Positions 10,643 through 20,689 of a stretch of DNA of 64,000 bases are shown one piece after another; positions within the stretch are counted from its first letter, which is position 1; each line of letters starts with the position of its first letter. Made by a program: the position numbers and the translations under genes. A model generated the notes under the pieces. That model had not been told where the DNA came from, ran no database searches, and saw only the letters and a program-made list of their open reading frames with translations. The stretch lies in the IMG/VR virus record IMGVR_UViG_3300025357_000008, positions 106,262 through 170,261 of that record. One strand, 5' to 3'. This DNA is from a virus (lineage: Duplodnaviria; Caudoviricetes).

Positions 10643-11625
10643 TGGCAAACGTATTTTATAATAGAGTAATCAGAAAACTTGTTGTCGGTTTTGGCAACTT
10701 GTTTAATAACATTACGCTTGTCAGATACAATCCGGATGAATCAGAGGCTCAAAGATTTCTTGTACCGATTGCTTATGCACAGAAAGAATTATACGTTCAA
10801 CGTCTAGAAGGTGATCCTAACCTTGACAAAAAAGTTCAACTAACTTTACCAAGAATGTCATTTGAGATGACAGGGTTCAAGTATGATGCAAGCAGAAAAC
10901 AAAATACAAACATCAAGAACTTTTCCCAAAACGGTTCTTCTTTGTCAACTCAATACAATCCTGTACCATACGATTTTGATTTCTCATTAAACATATATGT
11001 AAGAAATATCGAAGACGGTACTCAAATGATTGAGCATATTTTACCGTATTTCACACCAGACTATACGATTAAGTTAAACTTAATACCTGAAATGGGTATC
11101 ACAAAAGAGATACCAATTATTTTAAACTCAACAGACCAAGAAATAATCTATGAGGGCAACAGAGATGCAGACCCTAGAATGATTATCTGGACTCTTAATT
11201 TTACTGTAAAAGGTTTCATCTATGGTGGTACAACGTCTGCAAATGTTATTACGACATCAATCACAAACATTTTTAGCAATCCGACTTTTGGTGAAGATGT
11301 ACAGTTTACGATGTCTTCTTCGGGTCTTGGCGACTATCAACCAGGCGAAAAAGTATATCAGGGGTATTCTTTAAATACCGCTACCGCAACTGCTACTGCC
11401 GTCAACTGGTCAAACACGACACATACTTTAGTTGCTTCTGATGTTTCCGGCAACTTCATTTCAAATCAACCAATCATTGGTGCAGTCACAAACACAAAAA
11501 GAAATTTCATATCATTTGCATTGACACCGCATTTATATGCAAATTCTGTAACTACACCTTCACCTAACACAGCAACAGCAAACTCAAATTATACATATAA
11601 TACTGTAATAACTGAAAGACCATAG
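10642..11625 (+). CDS. gp15: Tail sheath stabilizer/terminator gp15
   Basis: FGNLFNNI, LPRMSFEM, EHILPYFTP. Confidence 0.92.
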   Translation: MANVFYNRVIRKLVVGFGNLFNNITLVRYNPDESEAQRFLVPIAYAQKELYVQRLEGDPNLDKKVQLTLPRMSFEMTGFKYDASRKQNTNIKNFSQNGSSLSTQYNPVPYDFDFSLNIYVRNIEDGTQMIEHILPYFTPDYTIKLNLIPEMGITKEIPIILNSTDQEIIYEGNRDADPRMIIWTLNFTVKGFIYGGTTSANVITTSITNIFSNPTFGEDVQFTMSSSGLGDYQPGEKVYQGYSLNTATATATAVNWSNTTHTLVASDVSGNFISNQPIIGAVTNTKRNFISFALTPHLYANSVTTPSPNTATANSNYTYNTVITERP

Positions 11626-11627
11626 CT

Positions 11628-12041
11628 ATGGACAAACTTGATAAGAACATGACTGAAATATTTGATATTGAACCTAAAGCAACAGAAATTGTTAAGGTTG
11701 AAAAACCACAAGTACCTGTTGCAACTGAAGAACTCAAACACGACTTAGAAGATGCATATCAGCAGTCTAAAGATAATCTACAACATATCATAGACCAAGG
11801 TAAAGATGCAATGGAAGAAATTCTAAACATTGCAAAAAACAGTCAGCACCCAAGAGCGTTTGAAGTTTACGGTACTCTTTTAAAAAATATGACTGAGGCA
11901 AACAAAGAACTTCTAAGCATACAGAAACAGATGAGAGAAATTAGCGGTACAAAATCAGAAGCGGCTCAAACAACTATTGACAAAGCAGTTTTTGTAGGTA
12001 CAACAGCAGACTTTAATAAGTTGCTAAAAGGTAAAGTGTAA
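11628..12041 (+). CDS. gp16: Terminase small subunit gp16
   Basis: HPRAFEV, VFVGTTAD; upstream of large subunit. Confidence 0.9.
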   Translation: MDKLDKNMTEIFDIEPKATEIVKVEKPQVPVATEELKHDLEDAYQQSKDNLQHIIDQGKDAMEEILNIAKNSQHPRAFEVYGTLLKNMTEANKELLSIQKQMREISGTKSEAAQTTIDKAVFVGTTADFNKLLKGKV

Positions 12042-13726
12042 TGGCCGTACAAAATAAAGATTCCTACCGTGACAATCCGTTACTTAAAAAAGTAGGCGTT
12101 GAACACCCCTATACACAAGAACAAGCAGAAGAATATGCAAAGTGTGCTTCAGACCCAGTATACTTTGCAATGAATTATATTAAAATTGTTAACGTTGATG
12201 AAGGTCTGATACCGTTTAAGATGTGGGACTTTCAAAAAGAAATGATTAAAGTCTACCATGAAAATCGTTTCTCAATTACAAAATGTCCTCGTCAGGTTGG
12301 TAAAACAACAACATCAGTTGCTTATCTTCTTTGGTCTACAATCTTTACCGATTCACAATCAGTTGCAGTTCTAGCTAACAAAGGTTCTCTTGCACGAGAC
12401 ATCTTAGCTAAGTATCAACTAGCATATGAAAACTTACCTATGTGGCTACAGCAAGGTGTTGTTACATGGAACAAAGGTAACGTAGAACTTGAAAATGGTT
12501 CTAAGATTATTGCCGCTTCAACATCAAGTTCTGCAATTCGAGGTGGATCATTTAACATTGTATTCTTAGATGAATTCGCTTTCGTTCCTAATAATATTGC
12601 TGAAGAATTCTTTAACTCTGTTTATCCTGTAATCTCTTCCGGTAAAACATCTAAGATTATTATAGTTTCGACACCTAACGGTATGAATCTATTCTACAAG
12701 TTATGGATGGATGCAATCGGTAAGAAGAACGGTTATAAACCTTTTGAAATTCACTGGTCAATGGTGCCTGGTAGAACTGAGGCATGGAAAGAAGAAACAA
12801 TTCGTAACACTTCTTTACGTCAGTTCCAGCAAGAGTTTGAAACAGAATTCTTAGGCTCGTCAAATACTTTGATTTCTGGCTACAAGTTAGCACAGTTAAG
12901 GTACATGGATGCGATTGCAGAACATGACCTGATGAAGATATACGAGCATCCTATTAAGACAGACGGTATTAAATACGTCAAAGATAGACTGTATTGTATT
13001 GTCGTAGACGTTTCAGAAGGCAAAAACTTAGACAGTTCTGCTTTCTCAGTCATAGATATATCAGAGTTACCATATAAACAGGTGGCAACTTATAAGAGTT
13101 CTTCTATTACACCGCTATTGTTCCCAACAGTTATCTACAATGCGGCTCGTTATTACAATGATGCTTACGTACTGGTAGAAATAAACAACACACCACAGAT
13201 TGCAGATACTTTACATGCCGATTTAGAATACGAAAATCTATGGAAAGTATTTACCGGTAACAAGAAACCACAACAATTGTCTGCCGGTTTTGCTAGAGGA
13301 GTTCAATTAGGACTTAAAATGTCACCACAAGTTAAGAAGATTGGTACTTCTAACTTGAAAACTTTGATTGAAGGTGACAAACTACTCATCAATGACTTTG
13401 CAACATACTCAGAATTGACAACATTCGTAGAAACTAAGAACACTTTTGCCGCTGAACAGGGTGCAAATGATGACTTAGTGATGGGTTTGGTGATGTTTGG
13501 GTGGGTCACAACACAACCATATTTCAAAGAAATCGTTGCCCATGACCTAAGAAAACAAGTCCAATTAGAAAATATGAATCAGTTTGACGATGAAACAGTC
13601 GTTGAACCTATCATGGATGACGGTATGTCACACAATTTAGAACTTGTCGATGGCGACTTATGGGAAGTTGCTGACGGCAGTTCGGTATACAGCAGATTTA
13701 TGCGAGATGCTATCAACAGTCTGTAA
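12041..13726 (+). CDS. gp17: Terminase large subunit gp17
   Basis: PRQVGKTT Walker A, FLDEFAF Walker B, STPNG, nuclease DVSEG...NDDLVM. Confidence 0.97.
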   Translation: MAVQNKDSYRDNPLLKKVGVEHPYTQEQAEEYAKCASDPVYFAMNYIKIVNVDEGLIPFKMWDFQKEMIKVYHENRFSITKCPRQVGKTTTSVAYLLWSTIFTDSQSVAVLANKGSLARDILAKYQLAYENLPMWLQQGVVTWNKGNVELENGSKIIAASTSSSAIRGGSFNIVFLDEFAFVPNNIAEEFFNSVYPVISSGKTSKIIIVSTPNGMNLFYKLWMDAIGKKNGYKPFEIHWSMVPGRTEAWKEETIRNTSLRQFQQEFETEFLGSSNTLISGYKLAQLRYMDAIAEHDLMKIYEHPIKTDGIKYVKDRLYCIVVDVSEGKNLDSSAFSVIDISELPYKQVATYKSSSITPLLFPTVIYNAARYYNDAYVLVEINNTPQIADTLHADLEYENLWKVFTGNKKPQQLSAGFARGVQLGLKMSPQVKKIGTSNLKTLIEGDKLLINDFATYSELTTFVETKNTFAAEQGANDDLVMGLVMFGWVTTQPYFKEIVAHDLRKQVQLENMNQFDDETVVEPIMDDGMSHNLELVDGDLWEVADGSSVYSRFMRDAINSL

Positions 13727-13797
13727 AAGTGCTGGTGCATAAATACCTTTATTGGTATAATCTGCCAAAAAGAACAAAATAATTCAAGGAGAAAACA

Positions 13798-15492
13798 ATG
13801 GCGATTCAAATCTCTCCAGGCGTAATCACTACTGAGATTGACTTAACTACAGTCGTTCCATCAGTACTTACGACTGCTGGTGCATTTGCTGGTGACTTCC
13901 AATGGGGTCCAGCCAATCACATTATGCTGGTAGACAGCGAAACAACTTTAGTAAACACATTTGGTCCTCCAGATGCAAACTCAGCAACTGCTTTCTTTAC
14001 TGCCGCTAACTTCTTAGCATACGGTAATAATCTGAACGTAGTTCGTGCTGTAGGTGCTTTAAGTAACAATGCAGTTCAGAACTCTAGTTCACCTGGTGTT
14101 CAAATTATTAATGAAGAAGTTTACTTAGTAAATTATTTCAATGGTTCAGCAAACTCTTATGGTTCTTTTGCCGCAAGATATCCTGGTACACTAGGAAACT
14201 CAATTCAAGTTTCAGTTTGCGATACTTCAACACAGTTCTCATCATGGCAATATAAATCATTGTTTTCTTCAGCACCAGGAACTTCTGCTTCTGTAGCACA
14301 AGTCGGTGGTTCACAAGATGAGATGCACATTGTTGTTGCAGACGTTGGTGGTTTAATTACTGGTAACTCTGGACAAGTTCTTGAAACATTTGGTTTTGTT
14401 TCTAAAGCAGGTGATGCACAAATTAACGGCAATTCAAATTACTGGAAACAAGTAATATTTGACAGGTCACAATACATCTATGCTATGGACCCACCAGAAT
14501 ATTCAGCAACTCATGCAACTTGGGGTTCAAATTCTGCAAACACAACGTTCGTACAACTTTCAAACGTTGAAAATGCTTTCTTATCTCTTGGTACAAATCC
14601 AAAACCATCAGATGCAAATATTGAAAATGCTTATGGTTTATTCGCTAACAAAGAGCATATCGACATTTCTTTAGTTCTAACTGGTGATGCAAACAATACA
14701 GTTCAAAACTATGTTTATAGCAACATCATTTCAACAAGACAAGATTGCGTTGGATTCTTCTCGCCACCAGCTAACACAGTTGTAAACAATTGGGGTAGCG
14801 AAGCAAGTGCTGTTACAAATTATTTCCAAAGCACATTGAATATTCAATCATCATATTTGGTTGCCGATTCAAACTGGAAATATCAATTTGACAAATACAA
14901 CAACGTATATCGTTGGATTCCATTGAACGGTGATATTGCCGGTCTATGTGTAAACACAGATGCAGTTGCAGACCCATGGTTCTCACCAGCTGGTTTCAAC
15001 CGTGGTGCAATTAAGAACGCTATCAAACTAGCATGGAATCCTACGAAACCTGCAAGAGATACTTTGTATGCGGCAGGTATTAATCCAATCGTATCATTCC
15101 CTGGACAAGGTATCGTTCTATACGGTGACAAGACTCTACAATCTAAGCCTTCTGCTTTTGACAGAATCAACGTTCGTAGATTGTTCTTAGTACTTGAGAA
15201 AGCAATTTCTACAGCCGCAAGATACTCATTGTTTGAATTCAATGATTCGTTTACACAAGCACAATTTGTTAACTTGGTAACACCATTCTTACGTGACGTT
15301 CAAGGTCGCCGTGGTATTACAAACTTCTACGTACAATGTGATTCAACTAATAACACACCACAAGTTATTAATGCAAATCAGTTTGTTGGTAGCATTTATG
15401 TTGTACCAAATCGTTCTACGAATTTCATTCAGTTGAACTTTGTTGCTGTAGATACAGGTGTTGACTTCTCAACAGTTGTTGGCTCAGTATAA
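13798..15492 (+). CDS. gp18: Tail sheath protein gp18
   Basis: SPGV..EIDLT, WFSPAGFNRG, FDRINVRRLF. Confidence 0.97.
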   Translation: MAIQISPGVITTEIDLTTVVPSVLTTAGAFAGDFQWGPANHIMLVDSETTLVNTFGPPDANSATAFFTAANFLAYGNNLNVVRAVGALSNNAVQNSSSPGVQIINEEVYLVNYFNGSANSYGSFAARYPGTLGNSIQVSVCDTSTQFSSWQYKSLFSSAPGTSASVAQVGGSQDEMHIVVADVGGLITGNSGQVLETFGFVSKAGDAQINGNSNYWKQVIFDRSQYIYAMDPPEYSATHATWGSNSANTTFVQLSNVENAFLSLGTNPKPSDANIENAYGLFANKEHIDISLVLTGDANNTVQNYVYSNIISTRQDCVGFFSPPANTVVNNWGSEASAVTNYFQSTLNIQSSYLVADSNWKYQFDKYNNVYRWIPLNGDIAGLCVNTDAVADPWFSPAGFNRGAIKNAIKLAWNPTKPARDTLYAAGINPIVSFPGQGIVLYGDKTLQSKPSAFDRINVRRLFLVLEKAISTAARYSLFEFNDSFTQAQFVNLVTPFLRDVQGRRGITNFYVQCDSTNNTPQVINANQFVGSIYVVPNRSTNFIQLNFVAVDTGVDFSTVVGSV

Positions 15493-15495
15493 ATA
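15488..15495 (+). promoter_or_regulatory. T4-type late promoter TATAAATA (also at 20652, 23366, 38146, 43360, 44019, 53190, 58659; CATAAATA variant at 13738)
   Basis: gp55 consensus just upstream of gene starts. Confidence 0.8.
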
Positions 15496-15512
15496 ACAAG
15501 TAGGAGAACACA

Positions 15513-16061
15513 ATGACATTCAACGTATCAGAATTTAGAGCACAATTGACAGGGGACGGTGCTCGTCCTAATCTGTTCAATGTGACTCTAACATTACCAA
15601 ATATTGTAAAGAACGCTACAAATGCTGGCAAGAAATTACAATTCATGGCTAAAGCCGCTCAGTTACCAGGTTCGACTGTTAACAATATACCGCTACACTA
15701 CTTTGGTCGTGAAATTAAATTTGCAGGCAATAGAACATTCGCAGACTGGACATTAACAATCATCAATGATGAAGATTTCGTTATTCGTTCAGCTATGGAG
15801 AACTGGCTAAATAATATTAATAGCCATGCCGGCAACTTACGTTCAGCAAATGCTGTAGGTCCAGCGAACTACACATGTGATGCTACTGTAACTCAGTACG
15901 GCAAAGCTGGCGACAATATTCAAGCATATGACTTTGTTGGTATGTTCCCAGTTGATGTTTCAACAATCGACTTAAATTGGGATACAACCGATTCAATTGA
16001 AGAGTACACGGTAACGTTTGCTTATCAATACTGGACAAACAAAACAAGTACAGACGCTTAA
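15513..16061 (+). CDS. gp19: Tail tube protein gp19
   Basis: GARPNLF, AGNRTFADWT, EEYTVTFAYQYW. Confidence 0.96.
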   Translation: MTFNVSEFRAQLTGDGARPNLFNVTLTLPNIVKNATNAGKKLQFMAKAAQLPGSTVNNIPLHYFGREIKFAGNRTFADWTLTIINDEDFVIRSAMENWLNNINSHAGNLRSANAVGPANYTCDATVTQYGKAGDNIQAYDFVGMFPVDVSTIDLNWDTTDSIEEYTVTFAYQYWTNKTSTDA

Positions 16062-16070
16062 TTTTTCGTT

Positions 16071-16102
16071 GAAGGCCCTTCGGGGTCTTCTTTATGTTTT
16101 TT
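16071..16102 (+). terminator. Intrinsic terminator after gp19
   Basis: GAAGGCCC-TTCG-GGGTCTTC then T-rich tract. Confidence 0.8.
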
Positions 16103-16123
16103 GTGAAATGATAAAAAGGCAAT

Positions 16124-17848
16124 ATGAACCCATTAAATAAATTTTCTTTGTTTGGTTTTACGATTTCCCGTGACAAGGAAATTCAAAATCAACAAACACA
16201 ACCATCATTCTCACCACCGAGCAATGACGATGGGGCGTTAACTATTACTTCTGCCGCTTATTACGGCACGTATGTAGACTTAGACGGTACGGCAAAAAAT
16301 GAGGTAGAATTAATATCTCGTTACCGTGAAATGGCAATGCAACCAGAAATTGAATCTGCCATTGACGATATTGTAAATGAAGCTATTTGCCAAGATGACG
16401 AAGGCAACAGTATCAAAATTGTTATGGACAATGTAAGTGCTCCAGACAAAATCAAAAAAGCAATCAAATCAGAATTTAATACAATTCTAAGATTGATGAA
16501 TTACCAGAATATGTCACAAGATATATTCAGAAGATATTACGTAGACGGTAGACTTTATTACCATGTAATCATCGACAGAGAAAATCCAGTTGCCGGTATT
16601 AAAGAACTCAGATATATTGATCCACGTAAACTTAAGAAAGTTCGTGAGATTAAAAAGACTAAAGATGAGCGTACCGGTGTTGATATTATGAACGTAGTCA
16701 ACGAATACTATATTTGGAACGACAAGGTCACTACAGGATCGTCTTCCAGCTTCGGACCAGTAGGTGTACGTATAACCACAGACTCTGTGCTTTCCATCGT
16801 CTCTGGTCTCATGGATTCACGCCGTGCAGTTGTTTTATCTTACTTGCACAAAGCAATCAAACCACTCAATCAATTACGTATGATTGAAGATGCTACAGTT
16901 ATTTACCGAATATCTAGAGCACCTGAAAGACGTATATTCTACATTGACGTTGGTAACTTACCTAAATTAAAAGCCGAACAATACCTACGTGACATCATGG
17001 TAAAGTACAAGAACAAACTTGTATATGATGCCAACACAGGTGAGGTTCGTGATGACCGTAAATTCTTGTCTATGATGGAAGACTTTTGGTTACCACGTAG
17101 AGAAGGTGGTAAAGGTACAGAAATCACTACATTACCTGGCGGACAAAACTTAGGCGAACTAGAAGACGTTAAGTACTTTGAAAAGAAGCTATATAAAGCG
17201 TTGTGTGTACCAGTTTCACGTTTGAATCCTGAGACTTCAGGTTTCTCGTTAGGTCGTACAAACGAGATTACAAGAGACGAATTAAAGTTTGCAAAATTTG
17301 TTGACCGTATGCGTCAGAAGTTTGCAGAAGTATTTGACCAAGCATTGAGAGTTCAATGTGTGCTCAAAGGTATTTGTAATGAAGAAGAATGGAAAGTCTT
17401 TAAAGAAGATATTCATTACAACTTTATTACCGATAACAACTTTTCAGAACTCAAAGATGCTGAGTTAATGAAAGAAAGATTATCATTGTTGCAAGAAGTA
17501 GACCCATATACCGGTAGATATTTTTCACAAGCATGGATACAGAAAAATGTTCTACGCTTTGACAATGACCAAATCAAGATTATGCAAACAGAGATTGAGA
17601 AAGAAAAAGAAGCTGGACTTGGTTTACCGGTTGAAGTTACTAATCAAGTTGCTCAACAAGCAATGATGAGCACAGTACCAGAACAACCGATTCATCCAAC
17701 AGACATAGAACATCAACAAGATATGGCTAAGAAAGATTTTGATAACAAGATTGAGTTAGCTAAATTGAAACCAAAACAAAAACCAGCGGTTAAAAAAGAA
17801 GAGATTGATGAACCTAATACGTTCGAAAGACTTAAAAGAATTTTATAG
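16124..17848 (+). CDS. gp20: Portal protein gp20
   Basis: YRISRAPERRIFYIDVGNLPK, EDFWLPRREGGKGTEI. Confidence 0.98.
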   Translation: MNPLNKFSLFGFTISRDKEIQNQQTQPSFSPPSNDDGALTITSAAYYGTYVDLDGTAKNEVELISRYREMAMQPEIESAIDDIVNEAICQDDEGNSIKIVMDNVSAPDKIKKAIKSEFNTILRLMNYQNMSQDIFRRYYVDGRLYYHVIIDRENPVAGIKELRYIDPRKLKKVREIKKTKDERTGVDIMNVVNEYYIWNDKVTTGSSSSFGPVGVRITTDSVLSIVSGLMDSRRAVVLSYLHKAIKPLNQLRMIEDATVIYRISRAPERRIFYIDVGNLPKLKAEQYLRDIMVKYKNKLVYDANTGEVRDDRKFLSMMEDFWLPRREGGKGTEITTLPGGQNLGELEDVKYFEKKLYKALCVPVSRLNPETSGFSLGRTNEITRDELKFAKFVDRMRQKFAEVFDQALRVQCVLKGICNEEEWKVFKEDIHYNFITDNNFSELKDAELMKERLSLLQEVDPYTGRYFSQAWIQKNVLRFDNDQIKIMQTEIEKEKEAGLGLPVEVTNQVAQQAMMSTVPEQPIHPTDIEHQQDMAKKDFDNKIELAKLKPKQKPAVKKEEIDEPNTFERLKRIL

Positions 17849-17857
17849 GAGACTTAA

Positions 17858-18412
17858 ATGACTAGCAGAGCAGTTATAGATTATACAATGGAAGACGATT
17901 CTCTTGGCGTAAGAGATGCTTTATATTCTGCAATTCAAGACCGTGTTATGGCACATATTGAAGCAAAGAAAGCAGAAATAGCGGCAAACTTTATTACACC
18001 ACATCAAGAAGAGACAGATGTTGAGGTCGATGAAGACCTAGAAAATGAGATGAAATATTATGCTAATGTACCAGAAGGTGTTGAGGTATTTGTACCAAAA
18101 CAATCTATTACAGAAGCAAAAGATAAAAAGCCTAAAGAAGAGCACCCATGGAGAATGGACAAAGACCGTGAAGGTACTGGCTACCATGAAATCAATTCTG
18201 TGCGTCCTAAGACAGCATTAGTAAATGGTGTTCCTAAGAACCTAGGTCTTGAGCATGATGGTGTTCATAGTCACGCTTTTGAGAATCAACATGAGGCAGA
18301 GAAAGCCGCATTTGATTTAGCGAGCCGTGGTCACATGTGTACTCATCACTGCCCACAAGGTTACGCTAAAGCGGTTATTCAACCACATCACTCAATGGCG
18401 ATTGGTTATTAA
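17858..18412 (+). CDS. Prohead core protein gp67-like, with extra His-rich C-terminal region
   Basis: Position after portal; acidic helical N-terminal part. Confidence 0.5.
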   Translation: MTSRAVIDYTMEDDSLGVRDALYSAIQDRVMAHIEAKKAEIAANFITPHQEETDVEVDEDLENEMKYYANVPEGVEVFVPKQSITEAKDKKPKEEHPWRMDKDREGTGYHEINSVRPKTALVNGVPKNLGLEHDGVHSHAFENQHEAEKAAFDLASRGHMCTHHCPQGYAKAVIQPHHSMAIGY

Positions 18413-18894
18413 TGAAATCAATTAGAGAGTTTATTGATATTAAATCATCCGAGGCGGAAACGCTTTCGGAGGACTCTCTATTGGAAGCCCCACAAGGTAA
18501 GGAAGTCTCTGCAACGAAGACTGACTTACCTTCTCTTTTGACGTTACAAAGAAAATCAATACGCCGTCTACCAAACGGTGAAAAGGTTGCTTTGTACTAT
18601 GCCAGTAAGATTAATAAATATGTAACAATACCATATTCAGACGTTCATTCTGAAGAATATGAAAAAGGTAACAATTTAGAATGTCTTCAAGACATAGTAG
18701 AGAGCAATAAAGCTAATGCAATTATTTTTGAAGATGGTAAAACGATGATGGTAAATATTGCAACTGCAAAGAAAGTCTTAAGACTACACGAGTCTTTAGA
18801 TGCCACAAATCGTTTAAAGATTTATAGAATGGTTGATGAGAGCAAAGAACAGTTTAAGAAAGTAGTTGGTTTTGCTTTCACACATATAAAATAA
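18412..18894 (+). CDS. Prohead core/internal protein (gp68 position)
   Basis: MKSIREF N-terminus; synteny. Confidence 0.5.
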   Translation: MKSIREFIDIKSSEAETLSEDSLLEAPQGKEVSATKTDLPSLLTLQRKSIRRLPNGEKVALYYASKINKYVTIPYSDVHSEEYEKGNNLECLQDIVESNKANAIIFEDGKTMMVNIATAKKVLRLHESLDATNRLKIYRMVDESKEQFKKVVGFAFTHIK

Positions 18895-18902
18895 GGTAAA
18901 AA

Positions 18903-19415
18903 ATGGCAAATCAATATACATACCAAATTATAAAAGATAATGTCAATCACACTATCATTAAATTGACTGGTCAGTTTGATGGTAGCGGTCAAGAATCTAA
19001 TCTTAATAGAATTCAAGCAAACACACTTTACGGCGCTTTAAATACTGCCGGTGGTGCATTGTCAGGTGGTGGTACATCATTACCATTTTACGGATTATTA
19101 ATCAATCGTGTTTGGTATGATGTTAGCGGTACAGGTAACGCACAATTAGTTTGGTCTTCAGATACAGCACAAACTATATTCTATATGACTGGCGGACACG
19201 AATATGATGCTATGGGAAATTGGGTAACTATTCCTAACAATGCATATGGTCAAGCTAACTGTAATGGAAATATTGGTATCATAACTCACGGTATGTCTGC
19301 AAACGATGGTTACAGTATTGTAGTAGAAGTACGTAAAGATAACATCTATTATCAACGTGGACATCTTGATGATCCTGCTTCATTCAATTATGGCATTTAT
19401 AGAACTACACCTTAA
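18903..19415 (+). CDS. Hypothetical virion protein (paralog of 19418-20008)
   Basis: MANQYTYQ..IKLTG.FDG.GQE...YQRG...DPA.FNYGIY shared with next ORF. Confidence 0.6.
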   Translation: MANQYTYQIIKDNVNHTIIKLTGQFDGSGQESNLNRIQANTLYGALNTAGGALSGGGTSLPFYGLLINRVWYDVSGTGNAQLVWSSDTAQTIFYMTGGHEYDAMGNWVTIPNNAYGQANCNGNIGIITHGMSANDGYSIVVEVRKDNIYYQRGHLDDPASFNYGIYRTTP

Positions 19416-19417
19416 TC

Positions 19418-20008
19418 ATGGCTAACAAATATACTTACCAAGTTTTAAGAGATACTACAACAGATGCTGTGATTAAACTCACAGGCAGTTTTGATGGTAC
19501 TGGACAAGAAGCAAACACATCTAGAATTCAAGCAAATAGTCTTGCTGGTGCGATTGCAACTAACGGTTATCTTGTAGCAAATTCTACAAATTCTTTTGCT
19601 AATACACCTTTATCATATTACGACCTTCAGTTAACCGGTTTAAAATATTTTGTCAACTTCCCAACAAATACTGTTGGTGGTGTCGAAATCTTTTGGTCTG
19701 GCAACGGCACATCATTCTCAACACAGTATGCAAACTCTGCAACGATAGTGCATTTGAATGGTCAAGGTGAGATGGGTATGGGAGAACAATTACCATCTAT
19801 TCTAAATAATTCTGGTGCAACAGCAAACGGATATATTATACCAGCAAACGTTGGTCTTGGTGATATCGGTGTTACTACACAAGGTGCAACTGCAAACTGT
19901 GCGTATACATTAATATTGCAAGTGAGAAAGAATAACGCTCAATATCAACGTGGTCAGTTCAATGATCCGGCCGCATTTAACTACGGAATATACAAACAAA
20001 TACCATGA
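19418..20008 (+). CDS. Hypothetical virion protein (paralog of 18903-19415)
   Basis: Same terminal motifs as previous ORF. Confidence 0.6.
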   Translation: MANKYTYQVLRDTTTDAVIKLTGSFDGTGQEANTSRIQANSLAGAIATNGYLVANSTNSFANTPLSYYDLQLTGLKYFVNFPTNTVGGVEIFWSGNGTSFSTQYANSATIVHLNGQGEMGMGEQLPSILNNSGATANGYIIPANVGLGDIGVTTQGATANCAYTLILQVRKNNAQYQRGQFNDPAAFNYGIYKQIP

Positions 20009-20649
20009 AACTAATCAAAGAAATTACAGAATCGGTAAACTATATTACCGAAGAAAAAGATGGAAAGAAAACTCTATTCATCGAAGGTCCTTTTTTAGTT
20101 ACTGAAAGAGAAAACAAGAATAAACGTCTGTATGAACACGGTACAATGCTTAAAGAAGTTAAGCGTTATACTGAAGAGTACATCAATAAAAACCGTGCAT
20201 ACGGTGAATTAGGTCATCCAGACACACCTTCGATTAACTTAGACCGTGTATCACACATCATTACTTCTCTCAAAGAAGACGGTCATCAGTTTATCGGAAG
20301 AGCAAAAATACTTGATACCCCAATGGGACAGATTGCCAGAAACCTTATCGAAGGTGGTGGTCAACTAGGAGTCTCATCTCGTGGTATGGGTTCATTGAAG
20401 AATGTTAATGGAGTCAACATTGTTCAAGACGATTTTTATCTAGCCACAGCGGCAGATATTGTAGCTGATCCATCAGCACCAGGTGCGTTTGTACAAGGTA
20501 TAATGGAAGGCAAAGAGTGGATGTTAGTAGACGGTGTATGGACAGAACGTCAATTAGAAGAATCTAAGAAGATGATTCGTCAAGCTACACCTAGAGAGAT
20601 TGAAGCTGTCGGCTTGAAAATCTTTGAAAACTTCATCAAAAAATTATAA
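20005..20649 (+). CDS. gp21: Prohead protease gp21
   Basis: GELGHP, GVSSRGMGSL, DIVADPSAP. Confidence 0.97.
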   Translation: MKLIKEITESVNYITEEKDGKKTLFIEGPFLVTERENKNKRLYEHGTMLKEVKRYTEEYINKNRAYGELGHPDTPSINLDRVSHIITSLKEDGHQFIGRAKILDTPMGQIARNLIEGGGQLGVSSRGMGSLKNVNGVNIVQDDFYLATAADIVADPSAPGAFVQGIMEGKEWMLVDGVWTERQLEESKKMIRQATPREIEAVGLKIFENFIKKL

Positions 20650-20689
20650 AATATAAATATACCAATACGAATCATAGGAGATTTACAAA

